Below are positions 1-8,971 of a stretch of 64,000 nt of DNA, piece by piece (positions within the stretch are counted from its first letter, which is position 1; each line of letters begins with the position of its first letter). Source of the DNA: Myxococcota bacterium (lineage in GTDB: Bacteria > Myxococcota > Myxococcia > Myxococcales > Myxococcaceae); contig JBMORE010000146.1 in the NCBI GenBank assembly GCA_049322255.1, positions 1 to 64,000 of the forward strand, read 5' to 3'. The notes beneath the pieces are model-generated. The model was not told the DNA's origin. It worked only from the letters and a program-made list of their open reading frames with translations, and made no database searches. A program made the translations under genes and the position numbers.

Positions 1-2
1 CG

Positions 3-371
3 GCGTGCTTCGAGCAGCCCTACCGCTACCAACCAGTCACTCAAGGTGACCAGCCCGTCACCTACCGTCTGACGCAGCAGCCGGAAGGGATGAGTGTCAA
101 CGCCACCACGGGAGAAGTGACGTGGACACCCACGGCAGCGCAAGTCAGAGCGGAGCCGCACCCCGTGACGCTGGTGGGAAGCAACGGCGCTGGCGAAGCC
201 ACGCTCGACTTCGCCGTCACCGTCGGCCGGTGCGGCAAGGAGCCGGTGGTCGAGACGCCCCCAGAGGACAAGAAGACAGGCTGCTGCCAAGCAGGCCCCG
301 GCCCCACCGAGCTTTTCGCGCTGGCTCTGGCCCTCTTGGCGCTGAGGGCGCGTGCGTGGAGACGATGCTGA
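3..371 (+). CDS. C-terminal part (5' truncated by window edge) of a large surface protein: putative Ig-like domain plus MYXO-CTERM-like sorting tail
   Basis: Frame is open from position 3 (ACFEQPYRYQP...QQPEGMSVNATTGEVTWTPT) and ends GCCQAGPGPTELFALALALLALRARAWRRC; paralogous to the C-terminus of 1536..6266. Confidence 0.8.
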   Translation, partial: ACFEQPYRYQPVTQGDQPVTYRLTQQPEGMSVNATTGEVTWTPTAAQVRAEPHPVTLVGSNGAGEATLDFAVTVGRCGKEPVVETPPEDKKTGCCQAGPGPTELFALALALLALRARAWRRC

Positions 372-1621
372 AGGGGCCCGGCCATGCCCTTCGTGCTTGG
401 CTGAGCCAGGTGACCGTCGTCGTTTGGGCGCTGGGTTGCTCGTCGCCCGTTCCAGCCCCAGATCCTGGCCCGGCGGTCACCTACCATCGAGACGTCGCCC
501 CCCTTCTCCAGCGCAGCTGTGTGTCCTGCCATGTCGAGGGAGGAATCGCTCCCTTGGCGCTCGACACCTATGTTGCCGCCAAAGAAAACGCAGCCGCGCT
601 GGCCGCCCAAGTCCTGGCTCGTCGGATGCCTCCCTGGCCACCAGCAGGCGGGTGCAACACCTACCTGCACGACCGCGCGCTCGGCGACGAGGAGATTCAA
701 ACCTTGAGCAGGTGGGTCGAGCTGGGAGCACCCGAAGGAGACGAGGCCTCCGCTCCTGCCGCGGTTTCGTCGAAAGAGCCGGTCATTCGCCACGACGTGA
801 CCCTGCTCCCACAGGCGCCCTACACCCCGGCTCCTCGTGAGGGTTGGACCGACGTGAATCGCTGTTTCCTTCTCGACCCCAAGCTGGAGGTCGACGGCCA
901 GGTGGTGGGCTACGAGGTGAAGCCGGGCAACCGCGGCATGGTCCACCACGCGATGCTGTACGTCGTGGAGGACCAGACACTCCAAGAGGAGATGGCCAGT
1001 GCCGACGCGCTGGATTCGCAGCCCGGTTTCGACTGCGCGGACGGGTTCACCGACACGAGCACCCTTCGCTGGGTGGGAGGCTGGTCCCCCGGCGAGACGG
1101 CGACGAGGCTGCCTCACGGTCTGGGCATCAGCCTTCCCAAGAGCGCCAAGGTGCGCATGGAAATCCACTACAACATCGTGAACGGAAAAGCCCCCGACCT
1201 CACGGAGGTTTACTTCGAGCTGGCCACGGACCTTCGAATCGCCACGACGCTTGCCGTGGAAAACATTCCCGGTTTCACCGTTCCCGCAGGAGAGGGGACG
1301 AGCGTCGAGAGCCGGTGGGTGAATACCGGCTCAGCGATGACCGTGTACGCGGTCTTTCCGCACATGCACCTTCTGGGCACGACCATCGGCGTCGAGGTGA
1401 TTCGCGCCAACGACGCCTCGAGCCACTGCTTGGTGAACGTTCCTCGCTGGGACTACCGCTGGCAGCAGTTCTACTTTTTCGAGCAGCCGGTGACGGTCGC
1501 GACGGGCGACTCGGTTCGCTTGCGCTGCACGTACGTCAACACTTCCGCGGAGGAGGTCTTCGCGGGGTGGCGGTCGGCCGACGAGATGTGCACGTGGATG
1601 CTCCTCGTCGGGTCGCCCTGA
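365..1621 (+). CDS. Lipoprotein with N-terminal cytochrome c (CxxCH) and copper type II ascorbate-dependent monooxygenase domains
   Basis: ATG at 365 overlaps the upstream stop; lipobox-like WALGC; CVSCH; Cu-ligand motifs VHHAMLY, PHMHLLG and DEMC. Confidence 0.8.
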   Translation: MLKGPGHALRAWLSQVTVVVWALGCSSPVPAPDPGPAVTYHRDVAPLLQRSCVSCHVEGGIAPLALDTYVAAKENAAALAAQVLARRMPPWPPAGGCNTYLHDRALGDEEIQTLSRWVELGAPEGDEASAPAAVSSKEPVIRHDVTLLPQAPYTPAPREGWTDVNRCFLLDPKLEVDGQVVGYEVKPGNRGMVHHAMLYVVEDQTLQEEMASADALDSQPGFDCADGFTDTSTLRWVGGWSPGETATRLPHGLGISLPKSAKVRMEIHYNIVNGKAPDLTEVYFELATDLRIATTLAVENIPGFTVPAGEGTSVESRWVNTGSAMTVYAVFPHMHLLGTTIGVEVIRANDASSHCLVNVPRWDYRWQQFYFFEQPVTVATGDSVRLRCTYVNTSAEEVFAGWRSADEMCTWMLLVGSP

Positions 1622-4600
1622 GCGCCAGCAGGGCCAAGGCCAGGGTGAAGAGCTCGGTGGGGCCGGGGCCTGACTGACAGCAACCGATGGGTTCCGTCGT
1701 GCGGCAGGGCTGGACGGTGATGGTGAAGTCCAAGGAGTCCGAGCCAGCTCCATTGGTCGCCACCACGCTCACCGGGTGCTCGCCCATCTGCCCCTGGGTG
1801 GGTGTCCACGACACGGCTGCGGTGCTCGCGTCCATCGTCATGCCCTGGGGCTGCTGGACCAACTGGTAGCTCACCGGAGCATCGCCGAGCGCGAACGGAA
1901 CATAGTCGAACGGCTGCCCCGGGCAGATGAACCGCGCAGGTGAATCTGTCGCGACGAGAAGGCGCGGAGGAAGCTTGCCGTCGGCGGCCAGAGCTCGAAC
2001 CTCGACCGAGGCTTCGCCCAGACGCCCGTCCGCGGCAGAAACCCGGCACGACACCGGGTAGATGCCCACGGAAGAGAAGGCGTGGCCGACGATCGCCGAA
2101 TCGCCGGTCGCGCCATCGCCGAAGTCCCAGGCGAAGGAGAGCTCGGTTCCTTCTGGGTCGGCTGCCTCACAGGTCAACTGAGCCGAGTGCGGCGCCGCTC
2201 CCGCCGGCTTGTCCACGTAGGCGCGAACGGTGAGCGGCCTGGGTTTGGCGCTGTCGGTCACCGTCACGCTCACCTGGTCCCAGGCCCACAGCCCGTTGGC
2301 GTCGACGACGGTCACCTTCGCCTGGTACACCCCGGGTGCTTTGTAGAGGTGCGAGGGCGATTCTTCTCTCGAGGTGGTGCCGTCGTTGAAGTCCCACCGG
2401 AAGCTCGTCACCTCCGCGCTGCCCCGTTTGACGGTCGAGGTGAGCTGCACCGCCAGCTCGCCGTTCTGGAGCTCTCCCGACGCGGGAGAAGCCGACGCCT
2501 CGACCACCGGCGGCACCTGCCCCGAGGGGCTGGCGATCTGCACGGGGGCCGAATCGGTCGCGGTCAGGCCTTGGTCATCTTTGACGGTGAGCCGTGCCAG
2601 GTAGCCTCCGGGCGCGAGGTAGCCATGCGTCGCCGTGTTTTGCGCGCCGATTTGCGGAGCGGTTCCGTCTCCGAAGTCGAACCTGTATTCGACGATGGGG
2701 TGGCCTTGTTGGGGGCGGCTGAACGAGCCGTCGAAGTCGTAGCCCCCGATTTGAACGGTGTTCGCCCTCACGTTCAGCACGGCCCGCAGCGAGCTGGTGC
2801 CAGACGAGGTACCGGTGGTGAAGGTCGCCGGAAGGCTCTCGGCCACCCCGAAAGCGTTCGCCGCTTTGACTTTCCAGGTGTAGGTGGTGTCGGGCTGGGC
2901 AGGCCCCCCCAGCACCTCGAGCAGAGAAACCTTCGTTCGGTCCTGCACCGGGTAGTCGGTCTGGTTCACCGTCACCGTGTAGGCGATGGGCAAGGCGGCC
3001 GTCAGGTCCTCCTCCCACACGAGGTCTTCATCGAGGTCGATCCCGGAGGCCTCGTCCCCGGGGAAGCCGAGCACCACGGTCTGGGGGGGGGCGCCGGTTT
3101 GGAGCTCGAAGACCGGCCCGGAAGCGCCTTGCCCAAAGCCGTTCTCGGCCCACACGCGCCAGTAGTAGCGGGTCGAAGCGAGAACGCCCGTGACGGAAAC
3201 GCTGGTTCCGGAAATCCCCGCCTGGCTGAGGAGCAAATTGCCGGTGGCGAAGCTCGAATCGCCCTGCGACACCTGCACCACGTAGCTCAAAGGGGGGCTC
3301 CCGGTCGCTGGCAGCCAGCTCAAGGTGACGGGGGGCCCGACGCGCGTGACCGAGTTGGGTGGGCTTTGCAGGGCGACCGCAGAGGGGCGGCTACCCACGG
3401 TGAAGCGGCGGGTGGGGCTGTAGGCGCTGGTGCCGTTGGGCCCCGAGGCGGCGACTGCCCAAAAGTAGGTGGCGCCCTCGGTGACGGTCGGCGAGTGGCG
3501 GGTGCTGGGGGCGCTGACGGTCACCGGCGGCGCGCTCAAGCTGCTGTTGGTGTCGACCTTCACCAGGTAGCTTGCGGCCCCGGGCGAGGGCTGCCAAGTC
3601 AGCGTGGCCAACACGGGCAAATCCACCGCCTGATCGGCGGGGGAGAGCAAGACAGGGGCGGACGGGGGAGGAGAGAGGCTCGTGGTGAGGTCGAACCGCA
3701 CCGAATCGGCACGAACGGGCGCTCCGCCGGAGAGCGTGTCGAACACCAGGGAGCTGGTCCCCGACGTCCCCGCGGGCCGCACGACGAGGTGCCCGTTCAG
3801 CGTCTGTCCGGGCGCGACGGGGCCGAGCGAGGCCGGTAAACCGTACGAGGCGATTCCGTCGGTGAAGCCGACCGTCCACCCGGAGGGGACGCTCGCCGGG
3901 GAGAGATTGACGAAGTCTGCCCCCGCTCCTTCGTTCTGAATCGCCCAAGGAATCGTCGAGAAGACACCGGCATAAACAGTCCCCGAGGTGGTCCCTCCGG
4001 CTCCCGAGCCGGGAGCCCCCCACAGCCCGTCTCCCTGGCCATTCGCCAAGGCGTCGATTCGGTACCGCGGCGCGTACGCAAAACGCACCTGCCGCAAGGT
4101 GGGCGCGCTGGTTCGCGAGGTTTTGAGCACCGCCCGGTACTGCACCCACCGGTCGCTTTGGCCGCCGCTGCCGATGTCTTTGTGCAGCGTGTGGATGGGG
4201 GTGGTTCCAGAGGGATTCACGTACTCATCCGTGCTGCTGGTGGGGCCGAGCCAAGCCGTCTGACTCCCCAGGTTCGGCGAACCGCTCAGGTCGGGCGCCG
4301 TTCGAAGTTGAAGGCCCACGCTGGTGCCGGTGGGCAAGTCGGCCAAGAAGCCCACGGAGGTCAGCACGGCGAAGGCGTCGGCCGTGTCGTACCAGGAGGA
4401 GACGAGCTCAGCCACGACCGGCAGCGTGCTCGTTCCCAAGGAGATGTCGCTGAGCACGGGGGTGGCTGAAACGTTCGATGTCGAGAGCCGCGCGATGACT
4501 CGGTAGTACCGCTTCCCCCGCGAGCTGGCGCACAGCGCCTGGCCGGAGGTGGCGTAGAAGCTGCCTGCCGTGCAGTCGGGGCCGAGCGGGCCCGTCCACG

Positions 4601-6266
4601 TCGACGCGTTGTCGCTGGAATCGAGCTGAAGCTGGACCTGGGTCCCCACGGGAGTGTTGGCCGTCCAGGTCAATTGGGTAAGCTGCGTGCTTCCAGCTCC
4701 CAGGTCCTGCGTCGACGATTGAAAGGTTCCCGAGGGGACGTAGGTGGTGACCGGAGCTCGAAGAACGCTTCCCCCCGGCCCGGCGGAAACGGTACCGGTT
4801 TCCACCAGCGCTCCATAGTCCAGGCGGATGCGGCCGTCCGAGCCGTTGGTGTATTGGATGCCGCTTTGGCCTGCTCCCCCGCGGGCGGTGAGTTGGCCGG
4901 CAAGGTTGAGGGTGCCGCCGAGAAGGAGAATCGAGCCCCCGGAGCCAGCGCTCGCATGGCCCGTCGACGAGCTGCCGGTGGCGACAACCGCGCCCAACAC
5001 ATCGATCCGGTTCGCGTGGATTCGAACCCCTCCGCCGCCGGCACCGGCCGTTCCGTCGACCGCGTTTCCTCCCCCGGAGCCGACGGTAGGAGGGTTCAGG
5101 GCGGAGCTTCCGTAGGCGGCGTTGCCCGGGGTTCCACACCGGTATCCGCGAGCCAGGTCGTTGCACTCGTAGCACTCGGAGGCCACGTGGCTGCCGGCAT
5201 GCGCTCCTCCCGTCGCGAACGTCGTACAGGGAAGAACGGTGGGGCAGGTGGGCCCGCTCACGGCACAGCTGAGGCTGGGAAAGCCTCTGCCGGCTCCCAT
5301 GTGGGGGGGAACCTTCGCGGCCGCGTCGATCGACGAGGTGGCGTCGATGAAGACGCTCCGGCTCGCCCGGAAGGAGAGCCTGCCCAGCTTGGTGGCGCCG
5401 TTGAATGGTGGCGGTTGGCCGAACGGCGCTGCGGCCGAGCCGTCCCTGCACGAGCAAGAGGTCGCCGCGCAGCTGACCGCGCTCGGGCTGCACGCCAGTT
5501 GGTAGGGGCCCGCTGGAGCGGTGGAGCGGTAAACCTTGTATCCACCCGCGTAGGCCACCGGTGCCCACCGCACGTCGACCGCGCTGCCGCTCACTGCCAC
5601 CGAGGTCGTCCGCTGCGGGCCCAGGGTCGTTTCCGCTCCGGAGTCATCGAGCGCGGTGATTGCGTAGTAGTAGGTGCCTGCCAGCAGCGACCCAGAGGAG
5701 GTGCCGGTGGTGGTCGGCAAACCCGGGCTGGGCAGCGGCTGCGCGCTGCTCATCGAGAGGCACCCGCCGTTGATGATCCGGACTTCGGTGAACTGCTTCA
5801 CCGAGAAGTCGGGCTGCTGGTCGAGCAGGTAGGGGTCTCTCGTGCAGGTATGCGGGCGGCGATCGGTGCTCTGATTGAAGTACCCGCCGCCCGAGGGCCG
5901 CCCGTCGACCACCAGGACGCCGTCACTCCCGTCGCCATAGTCACCAGCGACCAAGAGCGCCAGGTCGGCCGTGGGGCCCTGCCCGCGCACCGAGACGTTG
6001 GTGAACGAGCCTGCCAGGAAGTCGGCGTCGGACGTCAGCGTCATCGCTCCGCTGGTGGGCACAAGCCCCACCGTCATCGCTGCGCTGACGGTCGAGTCGG
6101 CCCGTTCGTACCGATTCCACCCAGTCAGGTCGGTCGGATGGACCGCCCGGGTGTTGTCCGGGGTGGCGGGGTGCACGGTCCACCGGTCTTGCACGAAGCT
6201 GTATTCGACGGCGGAGGCGGAACCGGCCAATAGCCACAAAGGGAACAGGAGCCTGAAACGCATCAC
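1536..6266 (-). CDS. Large secreted/surface protein (Gly-rich region, FN3-like repeats, three PKD domains, Ig-like domain, MYXO-CTERM-like tail)
   Basis: 1576-aa ORF with signal peptide; PKD motifs FDFGDG, WDFNDG, WDFGDG; FN3-like YYWRVWAEN; tail GCCQSGPGPTELFTLALALLALRATRR. Confidence 0.85.
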   Translation of the reverse strand: MMRFRLLFPLWLLAGSASAVEYSFVQDRWTVHPATPDNTRAVHPTDLTGWNRYERADSTVSAAMTVGLVPTSGAMTLTSDADFLAGSFTNVSVRGQGPTADLALLVAGDYGDGSDGVLVVDGRPSGGGYFNQSTDRRPHTCTRDPYLLDQQPDFSVKQFTEVRIINGGCLSMSSAQPLPSPGLPTTTGTSSGSLLAGTYYYAITALDDSGAETTLGPQRTTSVAVSGSAVDVRWAPVAYAGGYKVYRSTAPAGPYQLACSPSAVSCAATSCSCRDGSAAAPFGQPPPFNGATKLGRLSFRASRSVFIDATSSIDAAAKVPPHMGAGRGFPSLSCAVSGPTCPTVLPCTTFATGGAHAGSHVASECYECNDLARGYRCGTPGNAAYGSSALNPPTVGSGGGNAVDGTAGAGGGGVRIHANRIDVLGAVVATGSSSTGHASAGSGGSILLLGGTLNLAGQLTARGGAGQSGIQYTNGSDGRIRLDYGALVETGTVSAGPGGSVLRAPVTTYVPSGTFQSSTQDLGAGSTQLTQLTWTANTPVGTQVQLQLDSSDNASTWTGPLGPDCTAGSFYATSGQALCASSRGKRYYRVIARLSTSNVSATPVLSDISLGTSTLPVVAELVSSWYDTADAFAVLTSVGFLADLPTGTSVGLQLRTAPDLSGSPNLGSQTAWLGPTSSTDEYVNPSGTTPIHTLHKDIGSGGQSDRWVQYRAVLKTSRTSAPTLRQVRFAYAPRYRIDALANGQGDGLWGAPGSGAGGTTSGTVYAGVFSTIPWAIQNEGAGADFVNLSPASVPSGWTVGFTDGIASYGLPASLGPVAPGQTLNGHLVVRPAGTSGTSSLVFDTLSGGAPVRADSVRFDLTTSLSPPPSAPVLLSPADQAVDLPVLATLTWQPSPGAASYLVKVDTNSSLSAPPVTVSAPSTRHSPTVTEGATYFWAVAASGPNGTSAYSPTRRFTVGSRPSAVALQSPPNSVTRVGPPVTLSWLPATGSPPLSYVVQVSQGDSSFATGNLLLSQAGISGTSVSVTGVLASTRYYWRVWAENGFGQGASGPVFELQTGAPPQTVVLGFPGDEASGIDLDEDLVWEEDLTAALPIAYTVTVNQTDYPVQDRTKVSLLEVLGGPAQPDTTYTWKVKAANAFGVAESLPATFTTGTSSGTSSLRAVLNVRANTVQIGGYDFDGSFSRPQQGHPIVEYRFDFGDGTAPQIGAQNTATHGYLAPGGYLARLTVKDDQGLTATDSAPVQIASPSGQVPPVVEASASPASGELQNGELAVQLTSTVKRGSAEVTSFRWDFNDGTTSREESPSHLYKAPGVYQAKVTVVDANGLWAWDQVSVTVTDSAKPRPLTVRAYVDKPAGAAPHSAQLTCEAADPEGTELSFAWDFGDGATGDSAIVGHAFSSVGIYPVSCRVSAADGRLGEASVEVRALAADGKLPPRLLVATDSPARFICPGQPFDYVPFALGDAPVSYQLVQQPQGMTMDASTAAVSWTPTQGQMGEHPVSVVATNGAGSDSLDFTITVQPCRTTEPIGCCQSGPGPTELFTLALALLALRATRRGASTCTSRRPTATPRRPPPRKC

Positions 6267-6322
6267 GGAGTTTCCTCCATCGCAGCCCTGGGTTCGGGCC
6301 CTATCCTAGCACGGCAGCGCGG

Positions 6323-7378
6323 CTAGCACGGCAGCGCGATGCCGACCGTCGCTCCGCCTTCGGGGCGGTTCTTGGCGTAGGCATTCCCCCCGTGGGCCAA
6401 GGCAATTTTCTTCACCAGCGACAGCCCGAGGCCAAGCCCCTCGCGCCGCCGCGCCGACGGGTGGAAAGGCTCGAAGATGAGCTTCTCCTCGCCCGCAGCG
6501 ATGCCCGGCCCTGAGTCGTGTACCTCGAAGGCCACCCGGCCGTCGGTCAAAGACACCACCAGCTGGGTGAGCCCGCCGCCGTGACGCCGCGCGTTATCGA
6601 TGAGGTTGGCCAGGGCACGCAAGAGCAGCGTCGCATCGGCGGTGACTTGCTGGGGGGCGCCTTCCTCGATCGAAAGAACGCTCGGGCCGAGGCCGGCTCG
6701 CTCCAGCGCGCGGTGAACGAGGTCTTTCACCTCCAGCGGGCGCAAGGAGAGCGCGGCGAAATCGACCCGTGAGCTGGCGAGCAGCTCTCCCACCAGCGCG
6801 TCGATTTCCATCACCTCGCGATCGAGGTCGTTGAACGTCTGGGCGGTGGCTCCATTGTCGCGCGCCATCTCGGTGAGCAGCCGAATACGCGACAGCGGTG
6901 TACGCAATTCGTGTGATACCGCAGCCAGCAGCTCTCGTTGGTCCTGGAGCTGCTTCTCGATACGGGCGGCCATGTCGTTCACCGCACTGCCGACCGCGCC
7001 GATCTCCCCGGAGTGGACAGGTAGCTCCATGCGCGCCTTCAAGTTTCCGCGACCAATCTCCTGAGCCACTCGCGCCAGCTCGGCCAAGGGGCGGGTCAGT
7101 CGCCGGGCGATGAAGCCGGAGGCGCCCCACAGCACCGCCAGGCCGACGAAGAGCCCCAGCGGCGGCTTGAGCCAAAAAAGCCTTGGGCGCTCGAAGCTGT
7201 GCCAGCCGCCGTGGCCCGCTCCGTGACCTACCAGCGCGGTCGAAGCGGTGACTATCAGCGCGGTGAAGAGGATGGTCGCTCCGAACCAGACGAACAACCG
7301 CCGCCGCAGCTTGGCACGAAGGTAGCGCGCCAGCGGCCCTCCCCGGCCGTGATGCGGGTGGTGAAAGTGAGCGCGCAT
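6323..7378 (-). CDS. HAMP-containing sensor histidine kinase
   Basis: Two TM segments, HAMP, H-box VSHELRTPL, N-box NLIDNA, G-boxes DSGPG and GLGLGLS. Confidence 0.93.
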   Translation of the reverse strand: MRAHFHHPHHGRGGPLARYLRAKLRRRLFVWFGATILFTALIVTASTALVGHGAGHGGWHSFERPRLFWLKPPLGLFVGLAVLWGASGFIARRLTRPLAELARVAQEIGRGNLKARMELPVHSGEIGAVGSAVNDMAARIEKQLQDQRELLAAVSHELRTPLSRIRLLTEMARDNGATAQTFNDLDREVMEIDALVGELLASSRVDFAALSLRPLEVKDLVHRALERAGLGPSVLSIEEGAPQQVTADATLLLRALANLIDNARRHGGGLTQLVVSLTDGRVAFEVHDSGPGIAAGEEKLIFEPFHPSARRREGLGLGLSLVKKIALAHGGNAYAKNRPEGGATVGIALPC

Positions 7379-8052
7379 CAGTCCTTCGTCAGAATGTAGC
7401 CCACCCCGCGCACGGTCTTGATGAGCCGCGGAGGGTCGTCTCCCAGCTTCTGCCGCAGGTGGGAGATGTGAACGTCCACCGTCCGCTCGCCTACCACCAC
7501 GTCGGTCCGACCAGCCTCGGCGAGCAGCGCGTCGCGTGGCACCACCCGGCCCGCCCTCCGCACCAGGGCCAGGAGGATGTCGAACTCGATGCCGGTGAGG
7601 TCCGCCCGCGAGCCCTTCACTCTCACCTCGCGCGCCGGCACGTCGATGGACACCGGCCCCACATCGAGCCTTTCGCTCACCACCTCCGGACGCGCCCTGC
7701 GCAACACCGCCCGTAGCCGCGCCAACAGCTCACGCGGGCTGAAAGGCTTGCCGATGTAGTCATCGGCGCCGACCTCGAGCCCCACCACCCGATCGGTCTC
7801 GTCGCCCTTGGCGGTCAACATGAGGACGGGGATGTTGCTCTTGGCGCGAATGCGCTTGAGCACCTCGAGCCCGTTCATCCCCGGCATCATCACGTCGAGC
7901 AGCACTGCGTCGTAGGCGTTGGTCTCCAGCGCCGTGAGGCCGCGCAGACCGTCGGAGGCCGAGGCGAGGTGCACTCCGTTCTGCGTCAAGTAGGCGGACA
8001 ACAACTCGAGCAGTCGGGCATCGTCGTCGATGAGGAGCACGCGCTGCGCCAT
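7378..8052 (-). CDS. OmpR/CpxR-family response regulator
   Basis: LLIDDD, LLDVMMP, GADDYIGKPF, winged-helix RTVDVHISHLRQKL and TVRGVGY. Confidence 0.95.
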   Translation of the reverse strand: MAQRVLLIDDDARLLELLSAYLTQNGVHLASASDGLRGLTALETNAYDAVLLDVMMPGMNGLEVLKRIRAKSNIPVLMLTAKGDETDRVVGLEVGADDYIGKPFSPRELLARLRAVLRRARPEVVSERLDVGPVSIDVPAREVRVKGSRADLTGIEFDILLALVRRAGRVVPRDALLAEAGRTDVVVGERTVDVHISHLRQKLGDDPPRLIKTVRGVGYILTKD

Positions 8053-8067
8053 GGGCCTTTTTTCAGT

Positions 8068-8358
8068 CTACTGCGTTGGCGACGGCTTCTCCGGGGCCGA
8101 AGCGGCGGTCGGGGGCGCTTGCGGCGGCATCAGGTAGATCGGCTGCTGCGCCGGCGGCTGGACGTAGATGATGGTGGGAGTTTCGGCTTTCTTCTCGGGG
8201 GCTGGCGCCGAAACAGCAGGGGCCGGCATCGAGGGCACACGGGAGTGTGACCACTCGCCTCTGCCGCAGTGCTTGCGGTGTGCGACGTGGGCGATGGCCG
8301 AGCCGTAGCCACCCACCACTCCTAGACCGAGAGCAAGAATCAGCAACGTGCGAGACAT
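8068..8358 (-). CDS. Small membrane-anchored His/Pro-rich hypothetical protein
   Basis: ATG at 8358 with GGAGG upstream; N-terminal TM (MSRTLLILALGLGVVGGYGS); co-oriented in the two-component operon. Confidence 0.6.
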   Translation of the reverse strand: MSRTLLILALGLGVVGGYGSAIAHVAHRKHCGRGEWSHSRVPSMPAPAVSAPAPEKKAETPTIIYVQPPAQQPIYLMPPQAPPTAASAPEKPSPTQ

Positions 8359-8360
8359 GT

Positions 8361-8831
8361 TCACCTCCAATTCACAGCGGGTTCGCGAAAGGTAGGACCG
8401 CAGCCGCAAGCTCGACCGAAGCCATGGTGAGGGCCGTGCTCGATGAGGTCGGCCAGCGTGCCGCGCTGCGTGGGTGTGAGGACTTCGTGGACCGACTGAA
8501 GGCCGGCGAGCGCTGCCTTCTTCAGCTGTTCGAAGGCGGCCTGCTGCCGGGCGGTGGCGGCGTGAAAGGGCTCGCCGTCGAAGTGCTCTCCACGGATGGC
8601 CTGGGCGAATTCGCTGCGTGAGCCGAACACCTCCTTGCGCAGCTCTTTGGCTGCCTTCTCCACCTCCTCCAGCGCCTGGCGAATGACCTTCTCCTGACTC
8701 GGCGTCGCATCGAGGTGATGGAGGAGCCTTCGCCGCACCCAACCGTGGTGAGGCCAGAGGCCGAAGCGACCTCTGCGCAAGACCTTGATGAGCGCAATGA
8801 GACTGACGGTTCCAACGATGAAGCCGAACAT
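8361..8831 (-). CDS. Spy/CpxP/heavy-metal-sensor-like helical protein
   Basis: LDATPSQ and VHEVLTPTQR (LTxxQ-type motifs); first gene of the two-component operon. Confidence 0.75.
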   Translation of the reverse strand: MFGFIVGTVSLIALIKVLRRGRFGLWPHHGWVRRRLLHHLDATPSQEKVIRQALEEVEKAAKELRKEVFGSRSEFAQAIRGEHFDGEPFHAATARQQAAFEQLKKAALAGLQSVHEVLTPTQRGTLADLIEHGPHHGFGRACGCGPTFREPAVNWR

Positions 8832-8916
8832 CGTGCACCTCCTTGTGCGGCGCTTTGGGCCGCTTCGGTGATGGCCAAACCTAAAGAGGGCATATGAAGG
8901 GCGGTGCCGGCCGTTG

Positions 8917-8931
8917 GTGAAGAATCGTTAA
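8917..8931. promoter_or_regulatory. Candidate OmpR/CpxR-type tandem binding site GTGAA-N5-GTTAA
   Basis: gtgaa gaatc gttaa in the divergent promoter, resembling the CpxR consensus GTAAA-N5-GTAAA. Confidence 0.35.
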
Positions 8932-8971
8932 GGACCAGTGGGTGGGTTTGGTAGGTTGTTCGCCTTCACCG

